Assembly: GCA_030390025.1 (NCBI GenBank)
Contig: JASTWF010000351.1
Location: 62,001 to 126,000 of the forward strand
Reading direction: 5' to 3'
DNA length: 64,000 nucleotides
From: Squalus acanthias
Taxonomy: Eukaryota
In this document: positions 60,456-64,000 of the stretch, piece by piece
How positions within the stretch are numbered: position 1 is the first letter of the stretch
Layout of the letters: each line of letters opens with the position of its first letter
Position numbers and translations under genes: made by a program
Notes under the pieces: model-generated
The model's input: only the letters and a program-made list of their open reading frames with translations
What the model was told of the DNA's origin: nothing
Databases searched by the model: none

Positions 60456-63400
60456 GAAACATAGAAACATAGAAGATAGGAGCAGGAGTAGGCCAATGCG
60501 ATCACGGCTGATCATCCAAATTCAGTACCCTGTCCCTGCTTTCTCCCCATATCCCTTGATCCCTTTAGCCTTAAGAAATATATCTAACTCCTTCTTGAAT
60601 ATATTTAATGAATTGGCCTCTACTGCCTTCTGTGGTAGAGAATTCCACAGGTTCACCACTCTCTGGGTGAAGAAATTCCTCCTCATCTCAGTCCTAAATG
60701 GCTTACCCCTTAACCTTAGACTGTGACCCCTGGTTCTGGACTCCCCGACCATCGGGACCATCCTTCCTGCATCTAGTCTGTTCAGTCCTGTCAGAATTTT
60801 ATAAGTTTCAATGAGATCCCCTCTCATTCTTCTAAACTCCAGTGAGTATAAGCCCAATCGACCCAATCTCTCCTCATACGTCATTCCTGCCATCCCAGGT
60901 ATCAGCCTGGTGAATCTTCGCTGAACTCCTTCCATGGCAAGAACGTCCTTCCTCAGATAAGGCGACCAAAACTGCACACAATACTCAAGATGTGGTCGCA
61001 CCAAGGTCCTGTACAACTGCAGCAAGACATCCTTGTTCCTGTACTCAAACCCTCTCGCTACAAAGGCCAACATACCATTTGCCTTCTTAACCGCCTGCTG
61101 CACCTGCATGCTTACCTTCAGCGACTGGTGCACAAGGACACCCAGGTCTCGTTGCACTTCACCTTCTCCCAATCTATTGCCATTCAGATAATAATCTGCC
61201 TTGCTGTTTTAGACACCAAAGTGGATAACCTCGCATTTATCCACGTTATATTGCATCTGCCATGGTTCTGCCCACTCACCCAACCTGTCCAAATTATCCT
61301 GGAGTTTCTCGTCATCCTCCTCACAGCACACATGCCCACCCAGCTTTGTGTCGTCTGCAAACTTGGAGATATTACATCTAGTTCCCTTGTCTAGATCATT
61401 AATATATATTGTGAATAGCTGGGGTCCAAGGACCGATCCCTGCGGTACCCCACTAGTTACTGCCTGCCACTCGGAAAAAGACCTGTTTATTCCAACTCTT
61501 TGCTTTCTGTCTGCTCAACCAGTTCTCTATCCAAGTCAATAGCTTGCCCCCAATCCCATGTGCCTTAACTTTACACGCTAATCTCTTATGTGGGACCTTA
61601 TCGAAAGCCTTTTGAAAGTCCAAATACACCACATCCACTGATTCTCCCTTATCTATTTTACCAGTTACATCCTCAAAAAATTCCAGTAGATTAGTCAAGC
61701 AAGATTTACCTTTTGTAAATCCATGTTGACTTTGTCCGATCCTGTCACTGTTTTTCAAGTGCTCAGCTATTACATCCTTTATAATGGACTCTAGCATTTT
61801 CCCCACTACCGATGTCAGGCTTACCGGTCTGTAATTCTCCATTTTCTCTATGCCAAATTTTTTGAATAGTGGGGTAACATTAGCTACCCTTCAATCCATG
61901 GATATTGTTCCAGATTCCATCGAATGTTGGAAGATGATCAGCAATGCATCTACTATTTCTAGGGCCACTTCCTTAAGTACCTTAGGATGTAGATTATTCG
62001 GCCCTGGGGATTTATCGGCCCTCAATCCCGTCAATTTCCCTAACACCATTTCCCTACAAATACTGATTTCTTTCAGTTCCTCCCTTTTATCAGACCCTAT
62101 GTTCTCCAACATCTCTGGGAGGTTATTTGTGTCGTCCTTTGTGAAGACAGAACCAAAATATGCATTTAATTGGTCTGGTATTTCTTTGTTCTGCATTATA
62201 ACTTCCCTCGCTTCTGACTGCAAGGGACCTACACTTGATTTCACTAATCTTTTTCTCTTCACATATCTATAAAAACTCTTACAGTCAGTTTTTATGTTCC
62301 CTGCAAGCTTACTTTCATATTCTATTTTCCCCTTCTTAATTAATCCCTTTGTCCTCCTTTGTTGAATCCTAAACTGCTCCCAATCCTCAGGGTTACCGCT
62401 TTTTCTGGCCAATTTATATGCCCTCTCCTTGGATCTTATGCTATCCCTAATTTCTCTTGTTAACCACGGTTGAGTCACCCTTTTTGTTTTATTCTTATGC
62501 CACACTGGGATGAACAAATTCTGTAGTTCATCCATGCAGTCTTTGAATGTTTGCCATTGCCATTCCACCGTCAACCCTTTGAGTGACATTCCCCAATCAA
62601 TCCTACCCAATTCGTGCCTCATACCATCGTAGTTTCCTTTATTTAAATTCAGGACCCTAGTCTCTGATTCAACTACTTCACTCTCCATCCTAATGAAGAA
62701 TTCTATCATATTATGATCACTCTGACCCAAGGGGCCTCGTACAACAAGATTGCTAATTAATCCTTTCTCGTTACATAATACCCAGTCTAAGATGGCCTGA
62801 TCTCTGGTTGGTTCCCGACATATTGTTCCAGAAAACCATCCCATAAACATTCTAGGAATTCCTCCTCCACAGTATTTTTACTAATTTGGTTAGCCCAATC
62901 TATATGTAAATTAAAGTCACCCATGATGACTGCTGTGCCCTTACTGCATGCTTCTCTAATTTCCCTTTTAATGCTGTCCCCAACCCCCATATTACTGTTT
63001 GGAGGTCTATATACCACTCCCACTAACGTTTTCTGCCCCTTGTTATTTCTCAGTTCTACCCATACAGCTTCCGCATCATCAGAGTTACTATCCTTCCTTT
63101 TTATTGTGTTAATCCCCTCATTAACAAGCAATGCTACCCCACGTCCCTTTCTTTTTTGCCTATCTTTCCTAAATATTGAATACCCCTGGATGTTGAGTTC
63201 CCAGCCTTGGCCACCCTGGAGCCATGTTTCTGTAATCCCAATCAAATCGTATTCATTTACCTCTATTTGCACAGCTAATTCATCCACCTTGTTCCGAATG
63301 CTCCTTGCATTAAGACACAAAGCCTTCAGGCTTGTTTTTTTAACGCTCTCAGACCTATATGAATTATTATTTACTGTGACCATGTTTGATTTAAACCGTT

Positions 63401-64000
63401 GAGTTCTTTGCCTTCTACTTTTGTTTTTCTCCTTCCTGTCTTTTGCTTTTATCATTGTTTCCCTTTCCTCTGTCTCCCTGCTCAGGTTTCCAACCCCCTG
63501 CCACTTTAGTTTAAACCCTCCCCAACAGCACTAGCAAACACTCCCCCTAGGACATCGGTCCCGGCCCTGCCCAGGTGCAGACCGTCCCGTTTGTACTGGT
63601 CCCACCTCCCCCAGAACCGGTTCCAATGTCCAAGGAATTTGAATCCCTCCCCCTTGCACCATTCCTCTAGCCACATATTCATTTGAAATATCCTCCTATT
63701 TCTACTCTGACTAGCACGTGGCACTGGTAGCAATCCTGAGATTACTACCTTTGAGGTCCTATTTTTAAATTTACTTCCTAACTCCCTATATTCTGCTTTT
63801 AGGACCTCATCCCATTTTTTACCTGTATTGTTGGTGCCTATGTGCACCACAACTACTGGCTGTTCGCCCTCCCCCTCCAAAATGTTCAGTAGCCGCTCCG
63901 AGACCTTGATCCTTGCACCAGGGAGGCAACACACCATCCTGGAGTCTCATTTGCAGCCACAGAAACGCCTATCTATTGCCCTTACAATTGAGTCCCCTAT
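60456..64000 (-). mobile_element. CR1 LINE with full ORF2 (frameshifted) and ORF1 esterase; runs off the window
   Basis: ORFs 62787-63455 (APE), 61891-62850, 61453-61842 and 60522-61172 (RT). (TTTCTATG)n tail at ~60456. Confidence 0.93.
63506..63937 (-). pseudogene. CR1 ORF1 SGNH/GDSL esterase-like domain
   Basis: CCLPGARI, VVHIGTNN and DGLHL motifs, characteristic of the CR1 ORF1 esterase. Confidence 0.85.

Overview
Eukaryotic, retroelement-saturated window, most likely from a shark or ray. That assignment is inferred from an HE1-like V-SINE, CR1/HER1-like and L2 LINEs, and a C2H2 zinc-finger exon. No intact host protein gene is evident. The centre (about 12.5-40.6 kb) is a head-to-tail array of four non-identical Tx1-clade (L1 group) non-LTR retrotransposons. 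Each has ORF1 with a CCHC knuckle and ORF2 with APE endonuclease, RT and a C-terminal zinc finger, and all are disrupted. Three observations stand out. (1) All three internal junctions truncate the downstream copy 3-5 nt inside the 3' foot of a strong 5'-UTR hairpin. (2) Copies 1 and 3 carry a foreign 3' module with a 174-bp repeat and AATAAA; in copy 3 the module also contains a motif found at the 5' end of the array. (3) The array is bracketed by a ~90-bp direct repeat whose right copy lies just downstream of a TATA box. The flanks hold nested CR1, L2, RTE, SINE and Penelope-like insertions (two with minimal hammerhead motifs and TSDs), 27-, 44- and 23-bp minisatellites, a ~62-bp satellite with a CTCF-like motif, a local segmental duplication and a decayed zinc-finger exon. 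Family names come from motif recognition only; no database was searched.
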